Part shown: positions 26,770-36,243 of the stretch, piece after piece
Layout: each line of letters opens with the position of its first letter
Position numbering within the stretch: position 1 is the stretch's first letter
Source of the DNA: Agarilytica sp.
Lineage (GTDB): Bacteria > Pseudomonadota > Gammaproteobacteria > Pseudomonadales > Cellvibrionaceae
NCBI GenBank assembly: GCA_045430305.1
Contig: JAILXW010000002.1
Location: forward strand, 387,953 to 451,952
Direction of reading: 5' to 3'
DNA length: 64,000 bases
Notes under the pieces: generated by a model
Database searches by the model: none
Told to the model about the DNA's origin: nothing
The model's input: the letters and a program-made list of their open reading frames with translations, nothing else
Translations under genes and position numbers: made by a program

Positions 26770-28728
26770 CTAACGGTTAAGTCTTCCGTCAATCAACTCT
26801 TTTACCACACTGGGGTCGGCCAGTGTTGATGTGTCTCCCAAGCTTGTATATTCGTTGGCGGCGATTTTTCGCAAAATGCGGCGCATGATTTTACCTGAGC
26901 GGGTTTTAGGTAAGCCATGTGTCCACTGTATGAGGTCTGGCGTTGCAACCGGGCCAAGTTCCTTACGAATACAATCGCGTACTTCTTTCGTCAACGCTTC
27001 ATCAGGCTCTGTACCTTGCGTGGGCGAAAGGTATATATAGATTGCCTCGCCTTTTAAATCATGTGGAAAACCAACGACTGCAGCTTCGGCGACGCTTGGG
27101 TGTGCAACTGTGGCGCTCTCAATTTCGGCCGTTCCTAATCGGTGACCGCTCACGTTTAATACATCGTCTACTCGGCCTGTAATCCAGTAGTCGCCATCTT
27201 CGTCGCGCTTCGAACCATCCCCGGTGAAGTACATGCCTTCGTGGGTCGAAAAATACGTATCAATAAAACGTTGGTGGTCGCCCCAAATGGTGCGCGCTTG
27301 CCCAGGCCAGGAATCTAATATCACCAGGTGCCCCGACGTAGCACCTTCTAAAATATCGCTGTTTTGATCTACGAGTTGTGGCTGAATACCAAAAAATGGC
27401 TTCATGGCGGCGCCGGGTTTTGGGTCGCAGGTACCGGGCATTGGGGTCATCATTTGGCCGCCCGTTTCGGTCTGCCACCACGTATCTACCACATGCATTT
27501 TTCCATCGCCAAATTCATCACGGTACCAGCGCCATACTTCAGGGTTAATGGGTTCGCCCACAGTGCCTAGCAAGCGTAAAGAGTCGCGCTTGCTAGATTT
27601 TAATGCGGTTTCTGGGTCTGTCAGCAGCATGCGAATAGCGGTTGGGGCAATATAGAATACCGTGACTTTGTGTTTATCAATGGTTTCGCCAAAACGACCG
27701 ATGTCAGGGAAATTGGGTACGCCTTCGAACATCATTGTCGTAGCGCCTGCCGCTAGCGGCCCATATACGATATAGGTGTGGCCGGTGATCCAGCCAATAT
27801 CGGCACCGCACCAGAAAACGTCATCTTCACGATAGTCAAAGCCATACCGAAATGTGGTTTGTGCGTAAGTAAGATAGCCGCCGGTTGCGTGTTGCAACCC
27901 TTTGGGTTTACCGGTTGACCCTGAGGTGTAAAGAATGAACAGAGGGTGCTCGGCCTCAAAAGCGGGTGCTTCGTGCTCGCTGCTTTGGCCATTTACAAGC
28001 TCGTGGTACCAGTAGTCGTGTTCAGCGTACCACGTGGCTTCACGATCGCTGTTTTCATTTTTGACCACGATAACGTGTTCTATGCTCTTGGTGTTGGTGT
28101 TGGTGTTGGGGTTTTGAAGCGCTTCGTCGACATTGTTTTTAAGGGGGATGGGTTTTTTACCGCGTGAACCAAAGTCGGCAGTGATGATTGTTTTTGCACC
28201 ACAGTTTTCAATCCGGTCTGCCAAGGCGTTGGCAGAAAAGCCACCAAACACTGCTGAATGAATTGCGCCAATACGTGCACAGGCAAGCATGGCGAAAGCA
28301 GCTTCGGGCACCATAGGCATATATAAAATCACGCGGTCTCCGGCTCCTACCCCTAGGCTTTCTAGCCCGTTGGCGAGCTTACACACTTCATCATGCAATT
28401 CTTGATAGGAAATTTTGCGACTTTGAGTGGGATCATCACCTTCCCAAATAATTGCTGTCTTATTGGCTTTTTCTGGCAAGTGTCGATCAACACAATTAAC
28501 GCAGGCGTTGAGTTTCCCGTCTTCAAACCAGCGAATTTTTAGGTCTTCTTTAGCGAAAGAAACATTCTTTATGTTTTTAAACTTTGTTTCCCATTCTAGT
28601 TCGTCCGCTTGTGACGCCCAAAATACTTCGTTGTCTTCTACCGATTCACGATACAAATCGGCATATGCTTTTGGTGTTAAAGCGTAAGGTGAATTGTTGT
28701 TTTCTGCGCTTTTAATTGAGTCAGTCAT
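26770..28728 (-). CDS. acs: Acetyl-CoA synthetase
   Basis: YTSGSTGKPKG, WWQTETGG, GRVDDVLNVSGHR, PKTRSGKIMRR; start likely ATG 28728. Confidence 0.95.
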   Translation of the reverse strand: MTDSIKSAENNNSPYALTPKAYADLYRESVEDNEVFWASQADELEWETKFKNIKNVSFAKEDLKIRWFEDGKLNACVNCVDRHLPEKANKTAIIWEGDDPTQSRKISYQELHDEVCKLANGLESLGVGAGDRVILYMPMVPEAAFAMLACARIGAIHSAVFGGFSANALADRIENCGAKTIITADFGSRGKKPIPLKNNVDEALQNPNTNTNTKSIEHVIVVKNENSDREATWYAEHDYWYHELVNGQSSEHEAPAFEAEHPLFILYTSGSTGKPKGLQHATGGYLTYAQTTFRYGFDYREDDVFWCGADIGWITGHTYIVYGPLAAGATTMMFEGVPNFPDIGRFGETIDKHKVTVFYIAPTAIRMLLTDPETALKSSKRDSLRLLGTVGEPINPEVWRWYRDEFGDGKMHVVDTWWQTETGGQMMTPMPGTCDPKPGAAMKPFFGIQPQLVDQNSDILEGATSGHLVILDSWPGQARTIWGDHQRFIDTYFSTHEGMYFTGDGSKRDEDGDYWITGRVDDVLNVSGHRLGTAEIESATVAHPSVAEAAVVGFPHDLKGEAIYIYLSPTQGTEPDEALTKEVRDCIRKELGPVATPDLIQWTHGLPKTRSGKIMRRILRKIAANEYTSLGDTSTLADPSVVKELIDGRLNR

Positions 28729-28796
28729 AGCGTGGGCCTCGTCAAACATAATTGTGATACAGCCACTTTCCCTTTTTCTTGTGCAATTGAAAATTA

Positions 28797-28840
28797 GACT
28801 TCCGTCGTGACTCGACTAAGGTCGATATTAGACCATTAGC
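28797..28840. promoter_or_regulatory. Three GAC-N4-GTC-type boxes at 17-bp period (putative CrbR sites)
   Basis: GACttccGTC (28797), tcGACtaagGTCga (28814), GACcattAGC (28831), between the divergent acs and porin genes. Confidence 0.65.
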
Positions 28841-28911
28841 TAATTTTCATGATCAGGCTAACTCTGCAAACTGGCGAACATAGAAACAAAAACTATCTCT
28901 GGAGGTGGTGT

Positions 28912-30087
28912 GTGAAAACAATAAATAAAATGACTGGGTGTGCTTTGGTTTTAACCGGTGCTATTTGCGCTGTTCCAAGTATGGCTGTTGACTTAGGTGA
29001 GTATGGTGGCACGTCTGTCGCTTTAAAAGGTTACGTGAAGTTTGATGCAATGATGTCTCAATACGACAGCGGCGCACTTCCCGCTAATGCCTGGTATCGT
29101 GACTTTTATGTGCCATCATTGACTCCCGTTGGTGATGACGATAGCAGTGAAAACACTGTGGTCGACATGCACGCACGTCAATCGCGTTTTGCCTTGGCGA
29201 CAAAAAGTGATGTTGATGGCACGGCCTTAAAAACGTATATCGAAATGGATTTTATGCTCACTTCAAACAGTAATGAGCGGGTTTCTAATTCTTATTCCCC
29301 GCGTTTGCGTCACGCTTTTTTGACCTATGGGAACTGGACGTATGGTCAAACCTGGTCGACTTTTATGAATGTTGGTGCATTACCTGAAACACTCGATTTT
29401 ATCGGCAACACAGACGCCAGTATCTTTGTTCGTCAATCAATGGTGCGTTATACCAATGGAGGTTTCCAGTTCGCTTTGGAAAACCCTGAAACCACCATTA
29501 CACCGTACGGTGGTGGTGGACGTATCGTGACCGACGACAATAGTGTGCCTGATGTGGTTGTTCGATATAACTACAGCAGCGATAGTTTTAAATTTACAGT
29601 TGCCGGCCTTGCTCGTCAGTTAGAGTACAACGATGCCGGTTCTGATATCGATGAATCCACCAGTGGCTTTGGTTTGAGTCTGTCGGGTTCTGTGATGCTG
29701 GGTAAAGACGATCTTAAGTTTGTGCTGAACACCGGTTCTGGCATGGGGCGCTACATCGGTTTGAATATCGCGAATGATGCAGTCATTAATGCCGATGGTG
29801 AGCTTGAAGCTATCGACTCAACAGGTGCAAGTTTAAGCTATCGCCACTGGTGGAATGATCAATGGCGCTCTACCGTAGTGTATTCGGCTATTAGCGTTGA
29901 TAACGATGAAGAGCTTACAGGAACTGCCGTGTCTAAGACCTCTTCAAGTCAGCGCATCAACTTACTCTATAGCCCTACAAAACGTTTAACGCTTGGCGGT
30001 GAACTTGCTTTTGCCTCGCGTGAGATTGAAAGTGGTGATGACGGTTCTATGACTCGCTTGCAATTTAGCGCCAAACTCGCCTTTTAA
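28912..30087 (+). CDS. DcaP-family outer-membrane porin
   Basis: GGAGG RBS before GTG 28912; signal peptide; GYVKFDAM, HARQSRF, PRLRHAF, GQTWSTFM, RQSMVRY; ends in LAF. Confidence 0.85.
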   Translation: MKTINKMTGCALVLTGAICAVPSMAVDLGEYGGTSVALKGYVKFDAMMSQYDSGALPANAWYRDFYVPSLTPVGDDDSSENTVVDMHARQSRFALATKSDVDGTALKTYIEMDFMLTSNSNERVSNSYSPRLRHAFLTYGNWTYGQTWSTFMNVGALPETLDFIGNTDASIFVRQSMVRYTNGGFQFALENPETTITPYGGGGRIVTDDNSVPDVVVRYNYSSDSFKFTVAGLARQLEYNDAGSDIDESTSGFGLSLSGSVMLGKDDLKFVLNTGSGMGRYIGLNIANDAVINADGELEAIDSTGASLSYRHWWNDQWRSTVVYSAISVDNDEELTGTAVSKTSSSQRINLLYSPTKRLTLGGELAFASREIESGDDGSMTRLQFSAKLAF

Positions 30088-30124
30088 ATATTTTCTCGAT
30101 TTAGTCTGCTGGCTGTCCGTTTAG

Positions 30125-30149
30125 CCCGAGCGCAAGCTCGGGTTTTTTT
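30125..30149 (+). terminator. Terminator after the porin gene
   Basis: cccgagc-GCAA-gctcggg followed by T7. Confidence 0.85.
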
Positions 30150-30433
30150 GTTTTTATTAACGAGATTGAGACACACCTATTTACAGTTAGGTAGGTTTAT
30201 TTGCAGGCTTTTGTGATAAAAAACCAACAAAAAAAGATTGTTATTTGATCTGTTAGGTGGGGTTTTGATCTCTGTGAGAAGGCTCAACAAAAAGTGAAAA
30301 TGGATTGTAAATTTTTCAACTTTGCTGCGCGACGTGAATCGTGATGGTTTAGGCGCCAAAACCTTAAAAGATAAATATTTGCGTCAAAAATTTCCATTTT
30401 AAATATCTGTTTGATTATTAAAGAAAAACCTAT

Positions 30434-30500
30434 GTCACATTTTGGATATATGTGACTTTCTTGTGATATTTGTCACTTTCAATTGCGACCTTTTGTCGCA
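30434..30500. promoter_or_regulatory. Palindrome cluster including a CRP-like site upstream of the multicopper oxidase
   Basis: gtcacat-N9-atgtgac (30434-30456), TGTGA-N6-TCACT (30462-30477), tgcgac-N5-gtcgca (30484-30500). Confidence 0.5.
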
Positions 30501-30638
30501 CCCTTCCAATGCTTGATATATATTTCTTGTGCAACCGGCCTCAGTGCCGGTTTCTTTCTATTCTGTTTCAGTTTTTTTGCATTCACTGCTTCAGTTTTGT
30601 AATGACCGAATTTTAAGCAATAACCAGAGGGATGTTTC

Positions 30639-33600
30639 GTGGAGCTTCTTGATAAGATGTTACGAAAAAAAAGCCGAATCGGTTCTCGATTCGCATTGTG
30701 TACATGTGTATTAGTTTTAACTGCCTGTGGTGGCAGTGACAATGATTCAGACGACCCACTTACTCCTGAAGACTTGCCTGATGAGTCAGGGCTTCGCGAA
30801 GCGCAAACTGGCGAGATTCCTGAAGACGCAGAAAAGCCTGCGCACGGTGCTTTTGAAGGTGGCGATACAGAAGACGTCGAAGACGCTTCCGCAAATAACG
30901 TTGTCACCGAAGAGGAAGTTGAGGCTAGTGAGTCTGATGCCGGAAAATTCGGTGAAGCCGATGCAGCCTTAAACCGACGCTTTAATGTTCCAACAAATGG
31001 CGCCCCTTCTCCCTTATTTGGTGCGGCGCCCTTCGAGCAGCAATTATTACGTTTTGAAGAATTTGGCACTTCGGTATTGGCCGATGCCGATGTCGACCCT
31101 GATTCAGCCTTAAGCTTGCCGGTACCCGCGGCAGTAGATGGCTTTCCTGAATCAGAAGCGCTCGATACTTACTTAATGCAAGACATTTACCCCGAGCCAA
31201 CGCGTTGGGCAAATAATGTTGATACCAACCCATGGGAAACTTTGATTGAGGCGTACTTGGGGCGTAGTTTAGCTAGCCCTCCATTAGAAGGTCGTCCACC
31301 CGGTGAAGGATGGGCGCATCAGCGCTGGGAAGAGTTCTTCCCCGTGCAATATTTCAGCACGGCTCAAACGGGTGCACGTACTAACCGCGGTATGCGCGAT
31401 GTAAAACAAACCCACGGCTATGCAGTCGGTGAGTTTGCTGAAGGCGGTTTGTATCACAACACCACCGGTGCTGGTGATACATTCGACGGAACTACTGCCG
31501 GCATCGAAGTGAAGTTTCACCCTGATATGCCTGTGCAAGAACAAGAAACACTTTGGACTTTCGATGGAACATTCCCGCCGAAACTCCTTAAAGTACGCTA
31601 CGGCGAGCCGGTATTAATGCGTCACCACAATGCATTGCCTGTAGACGTCTCAGCCAATAAAGGGTTTGGGCTTCACACCATTACTACGCATGAACACAAC
31701 GGCCATAACCCAGCAGAAAGTGATGGTTATGCCAATGCCTTCTTCTTCCCTGGTCAATTTTACGATTACCGTTGGCCTGTAGCGCTCGCGGGGCATGACA
31801 GCATCAACACCGACGCGGAAGACCCTTTTGCGGCTTCCCCTAACGGTAGTGGTGGCACAACAAAGATTCCGGGTGACTGGCGTGAAACTATGAGTACGCA
31901 CTGGTTCCACGACCATATGCTCGATTTCACAGCGCAGAACGTTTACAAAGGTAATGCAGCGATGATGAACTATTACTCGGCGATTGACCGTGGTAATGAG
32001 GCCATCGACGACGGTGTTAACTTACGTCTTCCTTCTGGTACCGGGTTAGATTGGGGTAACCGCGACTACGACGTTAACTTACTTCTTGCAGAAAAAGCGT
32101 GGGACTCAGAAGGCCAGTTATGGTTTAACCCCTTCAATGAGAAAGGCTTTATCGGCGATGTGATGACGGTCAACTGGTTGTACAAACCTTATATGGATGT
32201 ACGTGCTCGTCGTTATCGTTTCCGTATTTTGAACGGTTCAGTATCACGTTACTTCAAGCTTGCTTTAGTGAACGAAGCAAATGAGCCAGTTCCATTTCAC
32301 TTGATTGCTAATGATGGCAACATCATGGAGCACGCGGTGTATATGGAAAACGGTCTGTTGCCAACAATCGGTATTGCAGAGCGCTACGATATCGTTATTG
32401 ATTTCGGTGACTTTGAAGCTGGCGACCGCTTTTACTTAGTTAACATGCTCCAGCACAAAAATGGTCAGGCGACGGATGAAGTGATTCCGCTTGCCGATAT
32501 TCTTGACGGCACATACAACCCGCAAATGGTGGATGATGATACCGACGGCAGCTTTGACCGTTGGACAGCGGACCCCGTTGTTGGCACCTTTATGGAATTC
32601 CGTGTACAAGAGCACAACACGCGAGATACCAGTATGGACCCCGCAGAGTACGTTGAGTTTATCGATGGCAACGAAACTCGCCCAGGCAAGAAAATGATTC
32701 CACTTCGCCGCCCGACGGAAGAAGAGTTGCGCACTGCACTTCACCGTACGTTTGAATTTGAACGTCAAGCGACAGACGAAGCACCATGGGTTATCGAAAC
32801 TGACGGTGGAAAAGGTTTCAATATGGATCCTCGTCGTGTATCTGCGGCACCTGAGAAAAACTCGGGCGGCTTGGAAGTTTGGCGATTGGTGAACTCAGGT
32901 ACTTGGTCTCACCCGATTCACATTCACTTTGAAGAGGGTATTATTCTTCGTCGTGATGGTAAGGCGCCACCCGAGCACGAAAAGTGGGCGCGTAAAGATG
33001 TATACCGTCTAGGGCCTCAAGAAGATTCTGGCAACATGGTAGAAATCGCACTGCGCTTCCGTGAGTTTGCCGGTACCTTTATGGAGCATTGCCACAATAC
33101 TCAGCACGAAGACCACGCGATGCTTTTGCGTTGGGATATTGAAAACCCAGGTGAAACTTTGGTGATGCCTGCTCCCATTCCTTCGTGGGATGGCGTGAGC
33201 TACGTCGATACTTACGCGCTACCTACTTTCCGTACTGGTGATGCAGTGGGTCAATACGGTCCTGATCTTGAAGACGAAGCCGTTGAGATTTGGTTACAAG
33301 GTATGGAAATCGAACAAGTCGACTTGGTTGACCTAGAAATCGGTGATGCATTGAACCCGACAGAAGACGAACGCTCTGTAGGTAAGATTCCATTGCGTAC
33401 GGCTATCAATATCGATGCAGACGGAAATGAAACTACCGTCTACTTCGTGCTTCACGATATCTCAGACCAGGAGTTGGCGGAAGAAATGGGTATCGCGTGG
33501 GCAGGTGCATTGGCGCCGCTAGTAACAGCTACTGATACTGATCCACATCCGGCAGTTTCTGAAGCAACTTACGATGCAGCAACAGACACGTTCACGTTTA

Positions 33601-34562
33601 CTGGTGATTTACCTAACCCTGTGATTCGTCCTTTCCCTGGCGCTGCCAATGAGTTTGTTGGCTTGGATGATTACGTTGATAACGCTCCAGCGCAAAGTGC
33701 AGATAATGATTACTCACCACTTCGTCGTGTAGTGATCGGTGGTAAAACGGTAATCGTGAACGCTTTCTATGTTCAATGGGGTGATGAAGACTACGAACGC
33801 ATCCGAATTGATGAAAATTGTGATCCGACTGACCCGAATACTTTCCCTGATGATCCGCCCAATACAACCTGTATGTATAACGGCGAACAATGGGCGGGTA
33901 ATACTGGGCATGCATTGGAAATCAACACGACTGATGCAAATCCTTATATTCGCATGAAACTGCACAAGTCATGGACTGATGGCGGTGATTACCTTCCTTA
34001 CTACATTGTGGTGGATTCTTTCCCTGCAGGACCTGCGAATGCGATGGGCGTGACATATGTGCCTAAGCACGAGCACTTAGGTTTGGCCGCTGTACCGCTT
34101 GTGCAGTTTTTGCCACCAGCACCGCTTAGCACGAATTACCCTCCAACAGATACGAATTCCGCATCGGGCGGTGTTGATCTAACCAACCAGCTGAGTGGCG
34201 GTGGCCCTCTGGGTGGTCAGATTGGTTTGCCTTCATATTTTATGCCAGAAGACGACTACAGCCCAATGTGGCACATCGGCTTTGCATGGTGGGATCTTGA
34301 CGGTGGCGCAACGGTTGATGACATTGAAGTTGTGAGAGGTTTAGAAGAGCTTAAGCATTTGCGTGCTGAAGGTAAGATAAATATCCAAGAGTGGCCTGGA
34401 GCTGCACCATCGCACTTCAATGGCGCAACAGAAGACAACTACAACTTTACGAATACTAATTCGCCTCACGTTGTAAACTGTCCAACACCGGTTACTATTG
34501 ACTTTGCGGTACACAAAGCGCGCTTAAACTCCAAAAATGGTGGTGTTACTAGCGACGACTAA
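30639..34562 (+). CDS. Large lipoprotein multicopper oxidase (CotA/bilirubin oxidase-like, resembling Mn(II)-oxidising MCOs); start may be ATG 30657
   Basis: LTA-C lipobox; Cu motifs THEHNGH, WFHDH, HPIHIH, HCHNTQHEDHAM; acidic N-terminal linker; about 440 extra C-terminal residues. Confidence 0.9.
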   Translation: MELLDKMLRKKSRIGSRFALCTCVLVLTACGGSDNDSDDPLTPEDLPDESGLREAQTGEIPEDAEKPAHGAFEGGDTEDVEDASANNVVTEEEVEASESDAGKFGEADAALNRRFNVPTNGAPSPLFGAAPFEQQLLRFEEFGTSVLADADVDPDSALSLPVPAAVDGFPESEALDTYLMQDIYPEPTRWANNVDTNPWETLIEAYLGRSLASPPLEGRPPGEGWAHQRWEEFFPVQYFSTAQTGARTNRGMRDVKQTHGYAVGEFAEGGLYHNTTGAGDTFDGTTAGIEVKFHPDMPVQEQETLWTFDGTFPPKLLKVRYGEPVLMRHHNALPVDVSANKGFGLHTITTHEHNGHNPAESDGYANAFFFPGQFYDYRWPVALAGHDSINTDAEDPFAASPNGSGGTTKIPGDWRETMSTHWFHDHMLDFTAQNVYKGNAAMMNYYSAIDRGNEAIDDGVNLRLPSGTGLDWGNRDYDVNLLLAEKAWDSEGQLWFNPFNEKGFIGDVMTVNWLYKPYMDVRARRYRFRILNGSVSRYFKLALVNEANEPVPFHLIANDGNIMEHAVYMENGLLPTIGIAERYDIVIDFGDFEAGDRFYLVNMLQHKNGQATDEVIPLADILDGTYNPQMVDDDTDGSFDRWTADPVVGTFMEFRVQEHNTRDTSMDPAEYVEFIDGNETRPGKKMIPLRRPTEEELRTALHRTFEFERQATDEAPWVIETDGGKGFNMDPRRVSAAPEKNSGGLEVWRLVNSGTWSHPIHIHFEEGIILRRDGKAPPEHEKWARKDVYRLGPQEDSGNMVEIALRFREFAGTFMEHCHNTQHEDHAMLLRWDIENPGETLVMPAPIPSWDGVSYVDTYALPTFRTGDAVGQYGPDLEDEAVEIWLQGMEIEQVDLVDLEIGDALNPTEDERSVGKIPLRTAINIDADGNETTVYFVLHDISDQELAEEMGIAWAGALAPLVTATDTDPHPAVSEATYDAATDTFTFTGDLPNPVIRPFPGAANEFVGLDDYVDNAPAQSADNDYSPLRRVVIGGKTVIVNAFYVQWGDEDYERIRIDENCDPTDPNTFPDDPPNTTCMYNGEQWAGNTGHALEINTTDANPYIRMKLHKSWTDGGDYLPYYIVVDSFPAGPANAMGVTYVPKHEHLGLAAVPLVQFLPPAPLSTNYPPTDTNSASGGVDLTNQLSGGGPLGGQIGLPSYFMPEDDYSPMWHIGFAWWDLDGGATVDDIEVVRGLEELKHLRAEGKINIQEWPGAAPSHFNGATEDNYNFTNTNSPHVVNCPTPVTIDFAVHKARLNSKNGGVTSDD

Positions 34563-34610
34563 GGTCTACCAAGAAAGAAGAAACAGTCAATAATTGTAAG
34601 TAAATACGCT

Positions 34611-34649
34611 AAAATCACGGTCTACTAGAGTAGGCCGTGATTTTTTTTT
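34611..34649 (+). terminator. Strong terminator between the MCO and SCO-fusion genes
   Basis: aaaatcacggtctac-taga-gtaggccgtgatttt followed by a T run, directly before the GAGGAG RBS. Confidence 0.75.
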
Positions 34650-34663
34650 AGAGGAGCAAAAGC

Positions 34664-35989
34664 ATGGGGAAAACACTTGTAAAAGTGCATACCTTAATCA
34701 TCTTGTCGATCGCTATGTTTGTTTGTGTAAATACACACGCAAATTGGGGGGCGAACTATTTTCCAAATACAGCTTTAACTACGCACGAGGGCAGGCAGGT
34801 AAAGTTCTTTGATGATTTGTTAAAAGACAAAATTGTGGTGGTGAACTTTATATACACTACATGCCCAGATGTGTGTCCGCTCGAAACTGCTCAGTTGGTC
34901 AAAGTGCAAGAGATTTTGGGTGATCGTTTGGGAAAAGATATCTTTTTCTACTCGATTACAATTGATCCAGAACATGATTCTGTCGAGGTGCTAAAAAAAT
35001 ATCGTGAGCAATTTGGCGCGAAATGGGATTTTCACACAGGTAAGCGTACCGAGATTAAACATTTACGAAAAAAGCTTGGCTTGTATATTGATGGTGCCGA
35101 TGACGGGCCGAATAAAAATAATCACAATGTAAGCATGATTATTGGTAATCAAAAAACTGGCCGTTGGATGAAACGCTCACCTTTCGAAAACCCTTATGTG
35201 CTGGCAGATCAAATTGGCAATTGGTTAGATGGTTGGAAGTCGCCACAAAAAGTTAAAGATTATGCCAACGCACCGAAGCTTAGAAATATGTCAAATGGTG
35301 AACCGCTATTCCGTACTCGTTGTGCCTCTTGCCATTCCGTGAGTGGCGTACAAGAACCCAATGCTATTGGCCCCGATTTGGTGGGGGTGACACAACGCCG
35401 CGACAAACAATGGTTGATTCGTTGGCTGCAAGCGCCAGATAAAATGATTGCAGAAAAAGACCCGATTGCAATTGCTTTGTTGAAGCAGTGGAAAAATTTA
35501 CCGATGCCCAATTTGCGCCTCAACAAAAAAGAAGCGCTGGACTTGCTGGACTACCTTGAAAGCTTAAACTCAGAAAACGTGGGCGGAGCAAAAGTAGACC
35601 AAAAACAAATATCAAAACAAGCAGACAAGCTTGCCGTTATGAATGCGTGGGTCAGAGAGGCGCACCCGAATGCGACAGTGAATGCAGGTTACATGACCCT
35701 TATAAATGCAGGAGGGGCAGACGTAGAAATTGCTTCGGCGTCATCTAAAGCGTTTGAAAAGGTAGAGTTTCACGAAATGGCCATGGTTGACGGCATGATG
35801 GAAATGCGCGAACTGAAAGGTTTAATCATTGCTTCAGGTGATCAGTTAAAGTTCGAGCCCGGTGGTAAGCACTTGATGATGAAAGAGCCAAAACAAGCCA
35901 TTAAAGCGGGTCAGGTTATCGACATCGTGCTGACTTTCAAAGACGGTAGCCAGCAAACGCTTAGTGTAAAAGTTAAAAAGGATATTTAA
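34664..35989 (+). CDS. SCO/SenC - cytochrome c - PCuAC copper chaperone triple fusion
   Basis: CPDVC (SCO CxxxC) with distal His in HNVS; CASCH heme motif and LPMPNL; AWVREAHP...EFHEMAMVDGMMEM...PGGKHLMM (PCuAC). Confidence 0.88.
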   Translation: MGKTLVKVHTLIILSIAMFVCVNTHANWGANYFPNTALTTHEGRQVKFFDDLLKDKIVVVNFIYTTCPDVCPLETAQLVKVQEILGDRLGKDIFFYSITIDPEHDSVEVLKKYREQFGAKWDFHTGKRTEIKHLRKKLGLYIDGADDGPNKNNHNVSMIIGNQKTGRWMKRSPFENPYVLADQIGNWLDGWKSPQKVKDYANAPKLRNMSNGEPLFRTRCASCHSVSGVQEPNAIGPDLVGVTQRRDKQWLIRWLQAPDKMIAEKDPIAIALLKQWKNLPMPNLRLNKKEALDLLDYLESLNSENVGGAKVDQKQISKQADKLAVMNAWVREAHPNATVNAGYMTLINAGGADVEIASASSKAFEKVEFHEMAMVDGMMEMRELKGLIIASGDQLKFEPGGKHLMMKEPKQAIKAGQVIDIVLTFKDGSQQTLSVKVKKDI

Positions 35990-36004
35990 TTCCCTTCTTC
36001 GTTT

Positions 36005-36039
36005 AAAAAGCTCAACACGCGATAGGTGTTGAGCTTTTT
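36005..36039 (+). terminator. Terminator after the SCO fusion
   Basis: aaaaagctcaacac-gcgatag-gtgttgagcttttt. Confidence 0.85.
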
Positions 36040-36243
36040 CCTCTTTTTGGCGTAAGACGTCACAAATCCTCCTAATTCACAAAAAAAATCAAGGCCGCCT
36101 GCTTTCTTATGCTGGGCATGCGCACTATAGTTTTACTGCAGCCGTACAGGTCAAGATAACGGCATAATAATAAAAAATATTAGATACCGAATAGATTTGA
36201 ATCGTCTCGTAAGCCTAATGTTCTAATTCAATAGGAGCACGCT

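Noticed and set aside
30150-30638. sigma54 promoter for the oxidase, by analogy with Mn-oxidation loci
   Set aside because: No GG-N10-GC element with TGGCAC/TTGC context found.
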